Virus record (IMG/VR): IMGVR_UViG_3300031867_003838
Span: 44,671-108,670 of that record
Direction: 5' to 3' (one strand)
From: a virus
Lineage: Duplodnaviria; Heunggongvirae; Uroviricota; Caudoviricetes
Length of the DNA stretch: 64,000 nucleotides
The notes under the pieces are model-generated. The model saw nothing but the letters and a program-made list of their open reading frames with translations. It was not told the DNA's origin and did not search any database. Below are positions 21,614-30,930 of this stretch, piece after piece (positions within the stretch are counted from its first letter, which is position 1; the number at the start of each line of letters is the position of its first letter). Position numbers and translations under genes: made by a program.

Positions 21614-22633
21614 ATGGATCTATTAGTTAGTGTAGTCAATCAACAATTACGTCTTGAAACAAATGTGAGCAATCTTATCTATGGTACACAGGAATTCATT
21701 AGGTTCGTCTTCTCTCTCACCGGTGATTGGGATACATTCACAACGTTTGCGCAGTTCCAACAGGATGGTAATGTCTATAACAAATACCTGGATTCAGACA
21801 ATTCAGTTTATCTGCCGGCAGAAATCCATACTGGAAAATGCAATATGTTACTGTGTGGTAACAATGGAACAAACGTTGCGGTAACAAATTTCTTAACGCT
21901 TACGATTGATGACAACATCTATGTTGTTAATGCAGAGAATACGGAGATCACTCAATCGTTGTATGATCAGCTTGTGGAAAATGTGCAAACACAGATATCA
22001 ACTTTTGCAAATCGGGTTTCAGATTTGGAAGTAGCGTCTGCCCAGCATGCGAAACAAGTTGATCTCGACGCGGAAATTGAACGTGCAAAATCGACGGAAC
22101 GACAATTGGCAGATCTAATTGACGGTTCTGAAGTTCCAATCGGAACTCTTGCTTATAATATAGAAGTACTTAATGAACCGAGTGAAAGCTTCGCAAAGTC
22201 ATATCAGCTTAAGCGAATGGGCGTTGATGTTGGAGAACCAATTGATATAGCTATATCAGAAGGCGAAGGGCATTGCAGCGCAAAGACGGCAAAAGCTGGG
22301 ATGGCTTCTGGTTTCTACTCTTTTGCTCAAGGGTTCAATAATATTGCAACACGTAAATGCCAACATGTATTTGGCGAATTCAACATTGGTGAAGATGATG
22401 AAATAGCTGAGTCTCAACGCGGTGAATTCGTCGAGATAGTTGGTAATGGTGAAGACGAAGATAATAGGTCAAATGCGAGAACGCTCGACTGGGAAGGGAA
22501 CGAGAAGCTGGCAGGTAATATAACTGCTCTTGGCGGTAGCTTAATCCTTAATGAAACTGAGATGGATGAGTTGACGCTTATGAGAGTGCTGCTCATGCTC
22601 GACGTTATGTTCGCAGATGACATTGCATATTAA
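21614..22633 (+). CDS. Baseplate/receptor-binding protein paralog C
   Basis: N-terminal ~110 aa are homologous to paralogs A and B (MDLLVSVVNQQLRLE...FIRFVFSLTGDWD...NVYNKYLDSDNSVYLP). Ala/Glu-rich coiled-coil-like segment and a unique C-terminus. Confidence 0.55.
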   Translation: MDLLVSVVNQQLRLETNVSNLIYGTQEFIRFVFSLTGDWDTFTTFAQFQQDGNVYNKYLDSDNSVYLPAEIHTGKCNMLLCGNNGTNVAVTNFLTLTIDDNIYVVNAENTEITQSLYDQLVENVQTQISTFANRVSDLEVASAQHAKQVDLDAEIERAKSTERQLADLIDGSEVPIGTLAYNIEVLNEPSESFAKSYQLKRMGVDVGEPIDIAISEGEGHCSAKTAKAGMASGFYSFAQGFNNIATRKCQHVFGEFNIGEDDEIAESQRGEFVEIVGNGEDEDNRSNARTLDWEGNEKLAGNITALGGSLILNETEMDELTLMRVLLMLDVMFADDIAY

Positions 22634-22645
22634 GGAGAAAAGGAA

Positions 22646-24568
22646 ATGGCGCAAGCACTTGGGGATCTGCCAGTTGGTTCACTGGTGATTGATCCCAAAT
22701 CAAAATATAATAGAGCCGTCATTGTATGGCGAGTTGAAGGCCCTGGAAATGAGGAGTATCCTAAGAATTCGATTGTCCTCACGTCCAGGGATATTATTTC
22801 ATTAAAATGCTTTGATGCACGAGAGCCGTTTAATAGCGATCCAGATCGTATAGAATATGGCAACAATCGGTATAGTCAATCAAATCTTTTGCAGTGGCTA
22901 AACAGTGATAACGAGGACTGGTTCTATAAACAGCATGATCGCGACATGGACCCAAAGAACATGTATGTCTTTGGCAAATTCAACGAATATGCTCGCGAGG
23001 GTGGTTTCCTAAGAAATATTTCAAAGGCTTTGAAGTATTCGATGCTTAATATCAAACAGAAAATGGACATCCCAGAAGTAGACGGTGGGGACGCTGAGGT
23101 TATCATGACTAGAATCTTCATTCAGAGCGAGGACGAACTCAGCGACGAGTTACTTCGTAAACCAACAGAACAAGCTATTGATAGATCTGAATTCAAGAAC
23201 TGGGATGCGCTTGTATTAAAAGCACAAAAGAGAGGTATACCAATAGATGAAATTAACGAGGCAGAAGTATTATTAAGTAAAGATCTGCCGTGGAGCTACT
23301 GGATCAGATCATCTAATACTTCAACTTCGCAGATGGCTAAGGTTGTTACGAACGAAGGAACTATAGAAGATGCGGAATCGTTTAGAGGATATCACGGCGT
23401 AGTCCCGGCATTTGCGTTATTCAATACCACTCTCGTTTCCGACGAACCAAATGAAGATGGATATTATGAATTCATCTTTGGAAAGGTAACAGAGGAAGAT
23501 AATGCTACCGATGAAGAAATCGAGAGTGATGATGTGGCAGCTGGCGATAGTTCATCAAATGTTGACGATGATGCTATTCAAGATGAAGAAGAGGAAGAAC
23601 CTGAAGTAGTCATTGGTGATGAATATGTTCTTGTCCGCGAGAGTAGGATTCGCGACATAGCTAGTGCTATTAATCAAAAGAAAGAGACAGATAAACTATA
23701 TAAACCTTGCGAGTTTGCTACTGCTATCAGAAATATCAGAAAACATGGCGTTCTAAAAATTACTGAAATGTCTGGTGAAAAATATGATGTTTCTGCATAT
23801 GAATATGTTTGGCTAGAGATTCCCGAAGATGAAGACGATAAAGGTAGGAACGTAGTTTCTATACAATTAACAAAAGCTCCTGACACCAACTATTCATACG
23901 GTGATGTGTTTTCAATAGAAGAATATGAAGTGAAAGCATTGTATGATAATAAAACATCCGAGGTGATAACATCACAGTGTGACTTCAGTATAGATGATGG
24001 ATTCGTCTTTCATTATAACGATGTAGATATTCTCAATATAGATTATTATATTAATGATACGCACTTTAATATTAAACGGTCGTTGACAACGGAGAAGAAG
24101 ACGTATGAGTGGATCGAAAGCGAAGCTGATTTCATCCAATATAGCGTAGTTTATAATCATACATTCTTGAATAGAATTCCAGATCAATATGTCTGGGGTG
24201 CAAGTATTTATGGATTATCTCCAAGAAGGTTCACTACGATCAGATATAAATCAGACGGCTTTGATAAATCAACTATAATCATAGCTTCAATTGAACCGTT
24301 TATCTATATCAGATATTGCCCTGATGGCAGAATATTCCATTATGATTTCAGGATGTATACTGCTACAAAGGAAAAGAAAACAGTTTATTATATAGTTGAT
24401 ACTCATCGTGGTGTTTTAATGACTGATACTATTGATATGTCTAAAATCGATGAAGAGGCTGGAGATCCATTTAATTATGGTCCTATTGCTCTTTCTATGT
24501 TTGATGAAGATCCTGATAAAGAAATCATTGAAGATATTGTTGATGATGGAGAGGTTGCAACTGGATAA
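22646..24568 (+). CDS. Hypothetical structural protein with an acidic central region
   Basis: 640 aa, RBS AAGGAGAAAAGGAA ATG. The N-terminal segment GSLVID...AVIVWRV...LLQWLN..NEDWF resembles the fold found in the C-terminal halves of the DGR targets. Confidence 0.45.
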   Translation: MAQALGDLPVGSLVIDPKSKYNRAVIVWRVEGPGNEEYPKNSIVLTSRDIISLKCFDAREPFNSDPDRIEYGNNRYSQSNLLQWLNSDNEDWFYKQHDRDMDPKNMYVFGKFNEYAREGGFLRNISKALKYSMLNIKQKMDIPEVDGGDAEVIMTRIFIQSEDELSDELLRKPTEQAIDRSEFKNWDALVLKAQKRGIPIDEINEAEVLLSKDLPWSYWIRSSNTSTSQMAKVVTNEGTIEDAESFRGYHGVVPAFALFNTTLVSDEPNEDGYYEFIFGKVTEEDNATDEEIESDDVAAGDSSSNVDDDAIQDEEEEEPEVVIGDEYVLVRESRIRDIASAINQKKETDKLYKPCEFATAIRNIRKHGVLKITEMSGEKYDVSAYEYVWLEIPEDEDDKGRNVVSIQLTKAPDTNYSYGDVFSIEEYEVKALYDNKTSEVITSQCDFSIDDGFVFHYNDVDILNIDYYINDTHFNIKRSLTTEKKTYEWIESEADFIQYSVVYNHTFLNRIPDQYVWGASIYGLSPRRFTTIRYKSDGFDKSTIIIASIEPFIYIRYCPDGRIFHYDFRMYTATKEKKTVYYIVDTHRGVLMTDTIDMSKIDEEAGDPFNYGPIALSMFDEDPDKEIIEDIVDDGEVATG

Positions 24569-25245
24569 TGCTAAATTATGTTTTATTAAAGAAATCACAA
24601 TTGGAAGATATAGGTGAGGCATTAAGATATAAACTAGATGTAGAGGATCAATTTCTTGTTGATGATATGGTAGATGCCGTATTAAACATTGGGAATGGGG
24701 ATGTGTGTACTGGATATACTAATGGATTCTATGACGTAGGTAAATATTCTTCGTTTATATTATTAGATAAAGATATATTTGAAAGAGGCGTCGCCTTTGT
24801 TTTTGACACTCCATTTATTACGAGCTATGGTAATGTATTAACGGATATGGTTGGTGGATTTATTAAATGCGAAGATGACGAAAATCCTATATATAGGATA
24901 GCATACTATTTTGCTGGACAGCATACTGGGAATTCTATTATGTATTCTGTATATTTTTCTTTTAAGAATTTCGTATCAGCAAAATATACTGTTCGGTTAG
25001 TACATTATAACGCATATAATGGTAAACAAGTATTTAACAGTATAGATCATCCGCAACATCTTAATACTTTTACATTTTCAAATTATTATAATTACTATAA
25101 ATCGCCAGAAATTAACTGGAATCATTTCAGAGACGTAAATGGCGTTTATGTTGACAATTATATTATTAAATCATTTAGTAAAAATTCTAAAGTAGTATTT
25201 AATACGCAAGAAGCAATCGACTATGTTCTTGGCAGAATAAACTAA
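24568..25245 (+). CDS. Hypothetical protein
   Basis: 225 aa ORF; ATG overlaps the upstream stop. Followed by a terminator hairpin. Confidence 0.45.
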   Translation: MLNYVLLKKSQLEDIGEALRYKLDVEDQFLVDDMVDAVLNIGNGDVCTGYTNGFYDVGKYSSFILLDKDIFERGVAFVFDTPFITSYGNVLTDMVGGFIKCEDDENPIYRIAYYFAGQHTGNSIMYSVYFSFKNFVSAKYTVRLVHYNAYNGKQVFNSIDHPQHLNTFTFSNYYNYYKSPEINWNHFRDVNGVYVDNYIIKSFSKNSKVVFNTQEAIDYVLGRIN

Positions 25246-25250
25246 TCACA

Positions 25251-25282
25251 GACGTGCTATTAAGCACGTCTTTCTTATTATA
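25251..25282 (+). terminator. Rho-independent terminator-like hairpin (agacgtgc-tattaa-gcacgtct + ttctt)
   Basis: 8-bp perfect stem plus T-rich tail. Confidence 0.5.
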
Positions 25283-25293
25283 AGGAGACAACA

Positions 25294-25695
25294 ATGCTAG
25301 ATGGAATTAAACATTTTCTACAGCTTGTTAATGACAACTGGACAACGATTCTTGTCATAGCTGGTCTTGCGGTAGCGATCTGGAAAAAGATCCAGTCATA
25401 CTTGGCTCAGACAGACGAAGCGAAAATCGAATTTGCGAAGAAGCAAATCAGTCACGTTGTCCTAAAAATGATTACCGATGCTGAAACTGAATATCAGCAA
25501 TATGCAAAAGCCGGTGAAATCAAACGGTCACAGGTAATCAAACAGATATTCGCTGACTACCCAGTGTTGCAAAAGGTCGTGGATCAGGATGCATTGATTT
25601 CTTTGATTGATACCGAAATCAACAACGCCCTCAAGACACTTAGGGAAGTTATAAAAGAAACTAAGAAGGAGGAGGAATTAAGCAATGGCGTATAA
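25294..25695 (+). CDS. Small membrane protein (one N-terminal transmembrane helix)
   Basis: RBS AAGGAGACAACA ATG. Hydrophobic segment TTILVIAGLAVAIW. Confidence 0.45.
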   Translation: MLDGIKHFLQLVNDNWTTILVIAGLAVAIWKKIQSYLAQTDEAKIEFAKKQISHVVLKMITDAETEYQQYAKAGEIKRSQVIKQIFADYPVLQKVVDQDALISLIDTEINNALKTLREVIKETKKEEELSNGV

Positions 25696-25909
25696 AGAAT
25701 TTGGTTCGCCAGATAAGCACATCCATGAGAATGGAAAGATTCATCTGGTTAGTTATCACAGCTATATATGCTTTGATAAGAGCGAAATTGGAAGTTTGCC
25801 TGATGCTGAGAGTACGGCCCTTGGCTCTCTGGCTCTGCTCGTACCCGACGGGGTTGTGTATTCACTGACTGCCGACGGGTGGAAACCTGTAGGAGACAGC
25901 AATGATTAA
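25685..25909 (+). CDS. Hypothetical small protein
   Basis: 74 aa ORF overlapping its neighbours by a few nucleotides. Confidence 0.35.
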   Translation: MAYKEFGSPDKHIHENGKIHLVSYHSYICFDKSEIGSLPDAESTALGSLALLVPDGVVYSLTADGWKPVGDSND

Positions 25910-26210
25910 AGAAGCAAACATTGACGAGTTAGCCTTACTATTAGCGATTAGCAATTCAAGGGCCGGTGGCGGCAGTGGATCCGTCACAGAATCGCAAGTT
26001 AAAGGCGTAGTCGAAGAATACTTGGCAAAACACACAGCAACCACTGATGCAGCCGGCGTCATTAAGATTGGCAGTGGCATCAAGGTTGACGAGGACGGCG
26101 TTGCCTCGATTGACGAGGTGATGCTCACAGATATGGTCGCCGATCTGCTCGAACAGCTTACTGTCGAGATTACAGACGACGAGATTAATTCACTTTGGGG
26201 AAACGGCTGA
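25902..26210 (+). CDS. Small fibre-like protein with conserved C-terminal ITD.E...W motif
   Basis: RBS TAGGAGACAGCA ATG. C-terminus VEITDDEINSLWGNG parallels the C-termini of 26295..27179 and 32794..33366. Confidence 0.45.
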   Translation: MIKEANIDELALLLAISNSRAGGGSGSVTESQVKGVVEEYLAKHTATTDAAGVIKIGSGIKVDEDGVASIDEVMLTDMVADLLEQLTVEITDDEINSLWGNG

Positions 26211-26243
26211 TATCCAGCCTTTCTTATATATTACATTAACCAA

Positions 26244-26276
26244 AGCAGGCATAAGCCTGCTTAATTTTATTTTATT
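26244..26276 (+). terminator. Terminator hairpin (aagcaggc-ataa-gcctgctt + T-rich)
   Basis: Perfect 8-bp stem followed by aattttattttatttt. Confidence 0.55.
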
Positions 26277-26294
26277 TTATAGGAGGACAAATAT

Positions 26295-27179
26295 ATGTCT
26301 ATTACTTATGCAAGTTTACAAACCCTTCAGAAGTTCCAGCAGGAAGTTGATTCTCGTTACGCAAAGAAGTTTACCCTTGGCGTAGCAAAACTGGCTACCG
26401 CTACTAGCGGATATGCTGCATCTTACAAGATCACCCTCGACGGCACTCAGGTCGGCGAAACCATCAACATCCCGAAGGACTTCCTTGTTAAGTCCGCGAC
26501 TGTTGAAACTTGCGCTACAGCTGATACACCGGTTACCGGCCTTGCAGTTGGCGACAAGTACATCGACTTCGTGGTTAACTCTGTTGAAAACGATGACACG
26601 GCTTCCCATATCTACCTTCCGGTTCAGGATCTCGTAGATATCTACACATCCGGCAACGGTGTTAACGTTTCCGCTGGCAACGTTATCTCCGCAGTTGTTG
26701 ATTCTAGCAACGCTAACGGTCTGTCCGTTGGTGCTAACGGCCTTGCTATGGCTACAGTTGTTGCTTCCACCTCTGGCGTTGGCGGATCTAACGGTGCTAT
26801 GACAGCTGCTCAGGCTGAAAAGCTTGCTGGTCTTGACAACTATAGCGAAGGCAATGGTATTGATATCACAAACCGCGTTGTGTCTGTTGATATTGATTCC
26901 ACGAACGCTAACGGCCTTGCTACTACGCAGGATGGTCTGAAGATCGGTCTTGCTGATGCATCTCACAATGGTGCGCTCAGCTCTACTGATTGGAGTAACT
27001 TCAATACGGCTTATAGCCGCAGCGTTGCGACTCCGACTGGTGACGGAAACGTTATCACAGCCATCGGCATTGACTCTACGACAAAGGATATCACGGTTAC
27101 TAAGGGCATCACTGCTCTTCAGGCATCCGACTTTGTTGCTATTACAGATGCAGAAGTTACTGCCCTTTGGGGTGCTTGA
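26295..27179 (+). CDS. Fibre-like structural protein, probably highly expressed
   Basis: Strong RBS TAGGAGGACAAATAT ATG. Flanked by terminators on both sides. Codon usage is markedly biased (ggt/gct/gtt/aac/cgt) relative to its neighbours. C-terminal FVAITDAEVTALWGA motif. The internal segment is homologous to the frame upstream of 32794. Confidence 0.6.
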   Translation: MSITYASLQTLQKFQQEVDSRYAKKFTLGVAKLATATSGYAASYKITLDGTQVGETINIPKDFLVKSATVETCATADTPVTGLAVGDKYIDFVVNSVENDDTASHIYLPVQDLVDIYTSGNGVNVSAGNVISAVVDSSNANGLSVGANGLAMATVVASTSGVGGSNGAMTAAQAEKLAGLDNYSEGNGIDITNRVVSVDIDSTNANGLATTQDGLKIGLADASHNGALSSTDWSNFNTAYSRSVATPTGDGNVITAIGIDSTTKDITVTKGITALQASDFVAITDAEVTALWGA

Positions 27180-27195
27180 TATTGACTTAATCTCG

Positions 27196-27226
27196 GCGCT
27201 GAGCTTTTGCTCAGCGCCTCTTTGAT
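27196..27226 (+). terminator. Terminator hairpin (ggcgctgagc-tttt-gctcagcgcc + tcttt)
   Basis: 10-bp perfect stem. Confidence 0.55.
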
Positions 27227-27241
27227 GGAGAGCCGAATACA

Positions 27242-29686
27242 ATGAAATTAATAGATGAAGAAGGAATTATAAAATTACGGAATTTAATAAAGAGTGATAT
27301 CCAAGAAGTGAGGGATGAAATTCCAGATTTTCCAAAAGATGCATATCCAATTGAGGGAAGCCATAATCCGATTGAATCTGGCGGTGTATATGATGCATTG
27401 GCAGATAAGCAGGACGTTCTTACATTTGATAATACACCTACTGCAAACAGCGAGAATCCTGTAAAAAGCGGCGGTGTTTATCAAGTTGTAACTGGCAAAC
27501 AGGATCGTCTGACATTTGATGAAGTGCCAACGCTTGGAAGCCAGAACATGGTTCGTTCCGGCGCGATTGCTCTGGCTCTCAATAATAAAAACGACATGGC
27601 AACTCCAGTTGATACGATCTCATCGTCTGTTGATAATCCAGTGAAGTCTAGCGCGATTTATGAGGCTCTTCAAGGTAAACAGGATACATTAACTTTCGAT
27701 GCTGTACCGACTGAAGGGAGTGATAATGTTGTTAGCAGTAATGGTATTTATGAGGCGTTAAGCCATGCAGGAGGAACGCCTGATTGGAATCAAGATGACA
27801 GCAATGGTGTTGGATATATCAAAAATAGAACACATTATATAGAGTATACATTCTCTGAAAAATTAATTGATGCAAACACCATTGATTGGAATGATAGTTC
27901 AACATCAACCACTATTGGCGGCTTATCTTATAAATTGATTTATACATTGTCGTCAAATATAAAGGACGCGTTGAGGACTACAGGAAAATTCAGAGTTTCA
28001 TTTGGGAGCAAATATGCAATAGCCAGTTCGACATATAGTTCCAATGCATACAGGACAGCCGTCGAAGATCTTGGTTTGTATATTATAACCACATCTTCCA
28101 CTATTGATGTTTATGTCAATTGGAAATCGCCTTCACAGCTTTTAACAATTGAGAAAGTTATAAGTGAGACATATCATAAGTTGGATAATAATTATCTAGA
28201 TATTTCAACAACACCGACTTCTGGAAGTGTGAAACCAATTTCGTCTGGTGCTGTATATACAGTTTTGCAAGATACGGCAGGTATGCCAGACTGGTGGCAA
28301 GACGACAGCACGCAAAGAAATTATATAAAACATAGAACTCATTATACAACATATGAATGGTCATTATATAAAAGCAGCACTCTCACAAATTCATTTAGTG
28401 ACACGTATACCAGTAATAATAAAACTTATTACAAACATTTTTCTGGTACTGGCAGTTCCTATGCGATTAGTGCCGGCACTATGTGTAAAGTAAATTATCT
28501 TGGCAAAACTTGTCAGGCTTACTTCTATATGATAACTCAGTATGGTAGTGGCAGAGATGGAGTTTATGAGCTTAATGCAAGTGACATAGGATTTATTGCT
28601 CATCTTTCATATGAACGTGATATATATACATTTTCTATTTATACATCTACTCAAAATGATACTTCTACGTTTCAGATTTATCGTGCGACAAATGAAAGCG
28701 TCGTAAAATTACCACAAAAATATATAGACACAGCAAGTAGTATTTCAGAGTTTGATAATAGACCTGTTCCAGCAAATGTCGTATATACCGCTTTACAGAA
28801 TGTAGGCGGGGTTTCTGATTGGGATCAGAATAATTCTCAAGAGAATGATTATGTTAAAAATAGAACGCATTATTCAGTTCCTGTTTGGACTACAGTTTTA
28901 GATGATACGCTCAATTATACTACAGTTACTTATGTTTATAATGGTGTTACATATTATCGTAATTATTATGGAGCCAATATGGGTAATTTTGTAACTAGAG
29001 GCAACAGATTTAGAATTATATATAATTCATTGACCTATATAGGTGATATTGTCTATTCCAATGGAGTATATATATTAGATGCATCAAGTATAGGCATTCT
29101 TCTACGAGTAACGCATTCTGATATTATGTATTCGTTTTATGCGTACACTCCAATCAGTAACAATAGTTCACTTTTTATATTGGATATAATGACAGATGAG
29201 AACATCACCAAACTTCCAAACAAATATCTTGATCTTGCGGCAGAACCTCAACAAAACGGCGTACAACCAATTACAAGTGGTGGTGTTTATGACGCAACCG
29301 TAGGCAAAGAGGATGTCGAGAATAAAGTTACACAAATTACAAGTAATTCAACTGACATCGAGTATCCTTCTGCTCTGGCCGTTTGGAAGCTATTCAATGA
29401 TCTAAATCGCAGAATTGCTAGATTAGAGGCTGAGCTTGGTGGTGGCACATCTGCTATTGTCGAAGACAATATTCTTGAAGTGTTTAATGGAGAAGAGAAT
29501 GATAATATTCTTGAATTGGATGATCGGTCGTACGTCGACGAAAACAATATTTTGAACTTTATAAACAGTTCTTCAACTGCATCAGTGGATAATAATATAC
29601 TAACAGATGACAGTATCTCAGTCGACAATGGGATACTCAATGTACCTAATGCAACAGTAGATGATTCAATGATAGATTTAGGATAA
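27242..29686 (+). CDS. Tail fibre protein with short fibre repeats
   Basis: 814 aa. Repeated units NP(V/I).SGGVY.AL..KQD.LTFD..PT.GS.N.V.S, as seen in phage tail fibres. Confidence 0.55.
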   Translation: MKLIDEEGIIKLRNLIKSDIQEVRDEIPDFPKDAYPIEGSHNPIESGGVYDALADKQDVLTFDNTPTANSENPVKSGGVYQVVTGKQDRLTFDEVPTLGSQNMVRSGAIALALNNKNDMATPVDTISSSVDNPVKSSAIYEALQGKQDTLTFDAVPTEGSDNVVSSNGIYEALSHAGGTPDWNQDDSNGVGYIKNRTHYIEYTFSEKLIDANTIDWNDSSTSTTIGGLSYKLIYTLSSNIKDALRTTGKFRVSFGSKYAIASSTYSSNAYRTAVEDLGLYIITTSSTIDVYVNWKSPSQLLTIEKVISETYHKLDNNYLDISTTPTSGSVKPISSGAVYTVLQDTAGMPDWWQDDSTQRNYIKHRTHYTTYEWSLYKSSTLTNSFSDTYTSNNKTYYKHFSGTGSSYAISAGTMCKVNYLGKTCQAYFYMITQYGSGRDGVYELNASDIGFIAHLSYERDIYTFSIYTSTQNDTSTFQIYRATNESVVKLPQKYIDTASSISEFDNRPVPANVVYTALQNVGGVSDWDQNNSQENDYVKNRTHYSVPVWTTVLDDTLNYTTVTYVYNGVTYYRNYYGANMGNFVTRGNRFRIIYNSLTYIGDIVYSNGVYILDASSIGILLRVTHSDIMYSFYAYTPISNNSSLFILDIMTDENITKLPNKYLDLAAEPQQNGVQPITSGGVYDATVGKEDVENKVTQITSNSTDIEYPSALAVWKLFNDLNRRIARLEAELGGGTSAIVEDNILEVFNGEENDNILELDDRSYVDENNILNFINSSSTASVDNNILTDDSISVDNGILNVPNATVDDSMIDLG

Positions 29687-29698
29687 GGAGTTGTTAAT

Positions 29699-30898
29699 AT
29701 GCCACAAAATATTATTCAAGGTGTAAAAGTAGATGGTACCATCTACAAATATGATTATGAAAGTCTGGAGAACCTTCCAGACCCGGAACTGCCATCAGCT
29801 ACGGCAAGTGATGAAGGGAAAGCACTTGTGATCAACTCTACCGGTGATCCGGCGTGGAAAACACCCGCGTCTGGCCTGCCGTCAGCTACGGCAAGTGATG
29901 AAGGAAAAGCGCTTGTGGTCAATTCCACCGGTGATCCGGCGTGGAAAACACCCGTGTCTGGCCTGCCGTCATCTACAGCGAGCGATTCAGGGAAAGCACT
30001 TATGGTCAATTCCACCGGTGATCCGGCATGGTCAGCAATCCCGTCGGACTTACCTGCCCATGTTTCCAATGACAATGGTAAAGCCCTTGTGCTTAACAGT
30101 ACAGGAAATCCAGCCTGGCGAGATATCCTTCCAAAATATTCACCGCAAGATGCAGGAAAGGTTCTTGTTCTTGGATCATCAGAACCAGGAGGGAGCGGAA
30201 ATGAAGGACCTCAGTGGGGCAGTGCACTTCCGACTGGTTCTTCTATCGGATTTGCACTGGTGATCGACTCGACAAGGAAACCGGCATGGAAAGATCTGAA
30301 ATATCCTGCCTGTGGTTCCCAAGATAGGGGAAAGACACTTGTGGTTAATACGACAGGTGAACCTGTCTGGAGCACTCCAAGTGGAGCACTCCCGACCCTT
30401 GGATCTCATGATGAGGGAAAGGCTCTGGTCGTTAATGATAGTGGCCGTGTAGCATGGGCCGAAGTACTGCCGACATGTGACACCCCCGATAGTGGCAAGG
30501 TACTACGAGTCAATTCAACTGGTAATGCGGCATGGAGTAATATGTCTGATGTATTAGTGTGTGATAGTACCGACGCAGGGAAAGCACTCGTGGTTAACCC
30601 GTCAGGTAAACCGGTGTGGGAAGAACTTCTTCCGACACATGATACCAGTTATGATGGATCTGATGCAGGTAAAGTACTTACGGTGGCTACTAATGGTTCA
30701 CTTACCTGGGAAGAAGGAGGAAGCGGCGGCCTGTCACTCCCGGACCCAAGCGACACTAATGAAGGGGATGTTCTGAAGGCTGATGGGTCTGGTGCTTATT
30801 CTTGGGGAAGTCTTCTTCCAGTTTATGATACGTCTGATGACGCGGGAAAAGTGCTCACGGTTACATCGAGCGGGCTCCGCTGGAACAGTCTGTCGTAA
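29699..30898 (+). CDS. Repeat protein (about 12 copies of a ~29-aa motif ..D.GK.LVVN.TG.P.W...LP)
   Basis: 399 aa. The first three repeats are near-identical at DNA level. Confidence 0.5.
   Translation: MPQNIIQGVKVDGTIYKYDYESLENLPDPELPSATASDEGKALVINSTGDPAWKTPASGLPSATASDEGKALVVNSTGDPAWKTPVSGLPSSTASDSGKALMVNSTGDPAWSAIPSDLPAHVSNDNGKALVLNSTGNPAWRDILPKYSPQDAGKVLVLGSSEPGGSGNEGPQWGSALPTGSSIGFALVIDSTRKPAWKDLKYPACGSQDRGKTLVVNTTGEPVWSTPSGALPTLGSHDEGKALVVNDSGRVAWAEVLPTCDTPDSGKVLRVNSTGNAAWSNMSDVLVCDSTDAGKALVVNPSGKPVWEELLPTHDTSYDGSDAGKVLTVATNGSLTWEEGGSGGLSLPDPSDTNEGDVLKADGSGAYSWGSLLPVYDTSDDAGKVLTVTSSGLRWNSLS
29789..30049 (+). repeat. 3 x 87-bp tandem repeat (about 90 percent identical), each encoding LPSATASDEGKALV.NSTGDPAWKTP.SG
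   Basis: Units start at 29789, 29876 and 29963. Confidence 0.85.
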
Positions 30899-30930
30899 TA
30901 AACAACCAAACAAACAAAAGGAGAAAACCA

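Noticed and set aside
26316-27242. 308-aa minus-strand ORF antisense to the fibre-like gene 26295-27179
   Set aside because: It covers exactly the span of a plus-strand gene that has a strong RBS, flanking terminators and recognisable fibre motifs. The stop-free antisense frame is explained by that gene's extreme codon bias.
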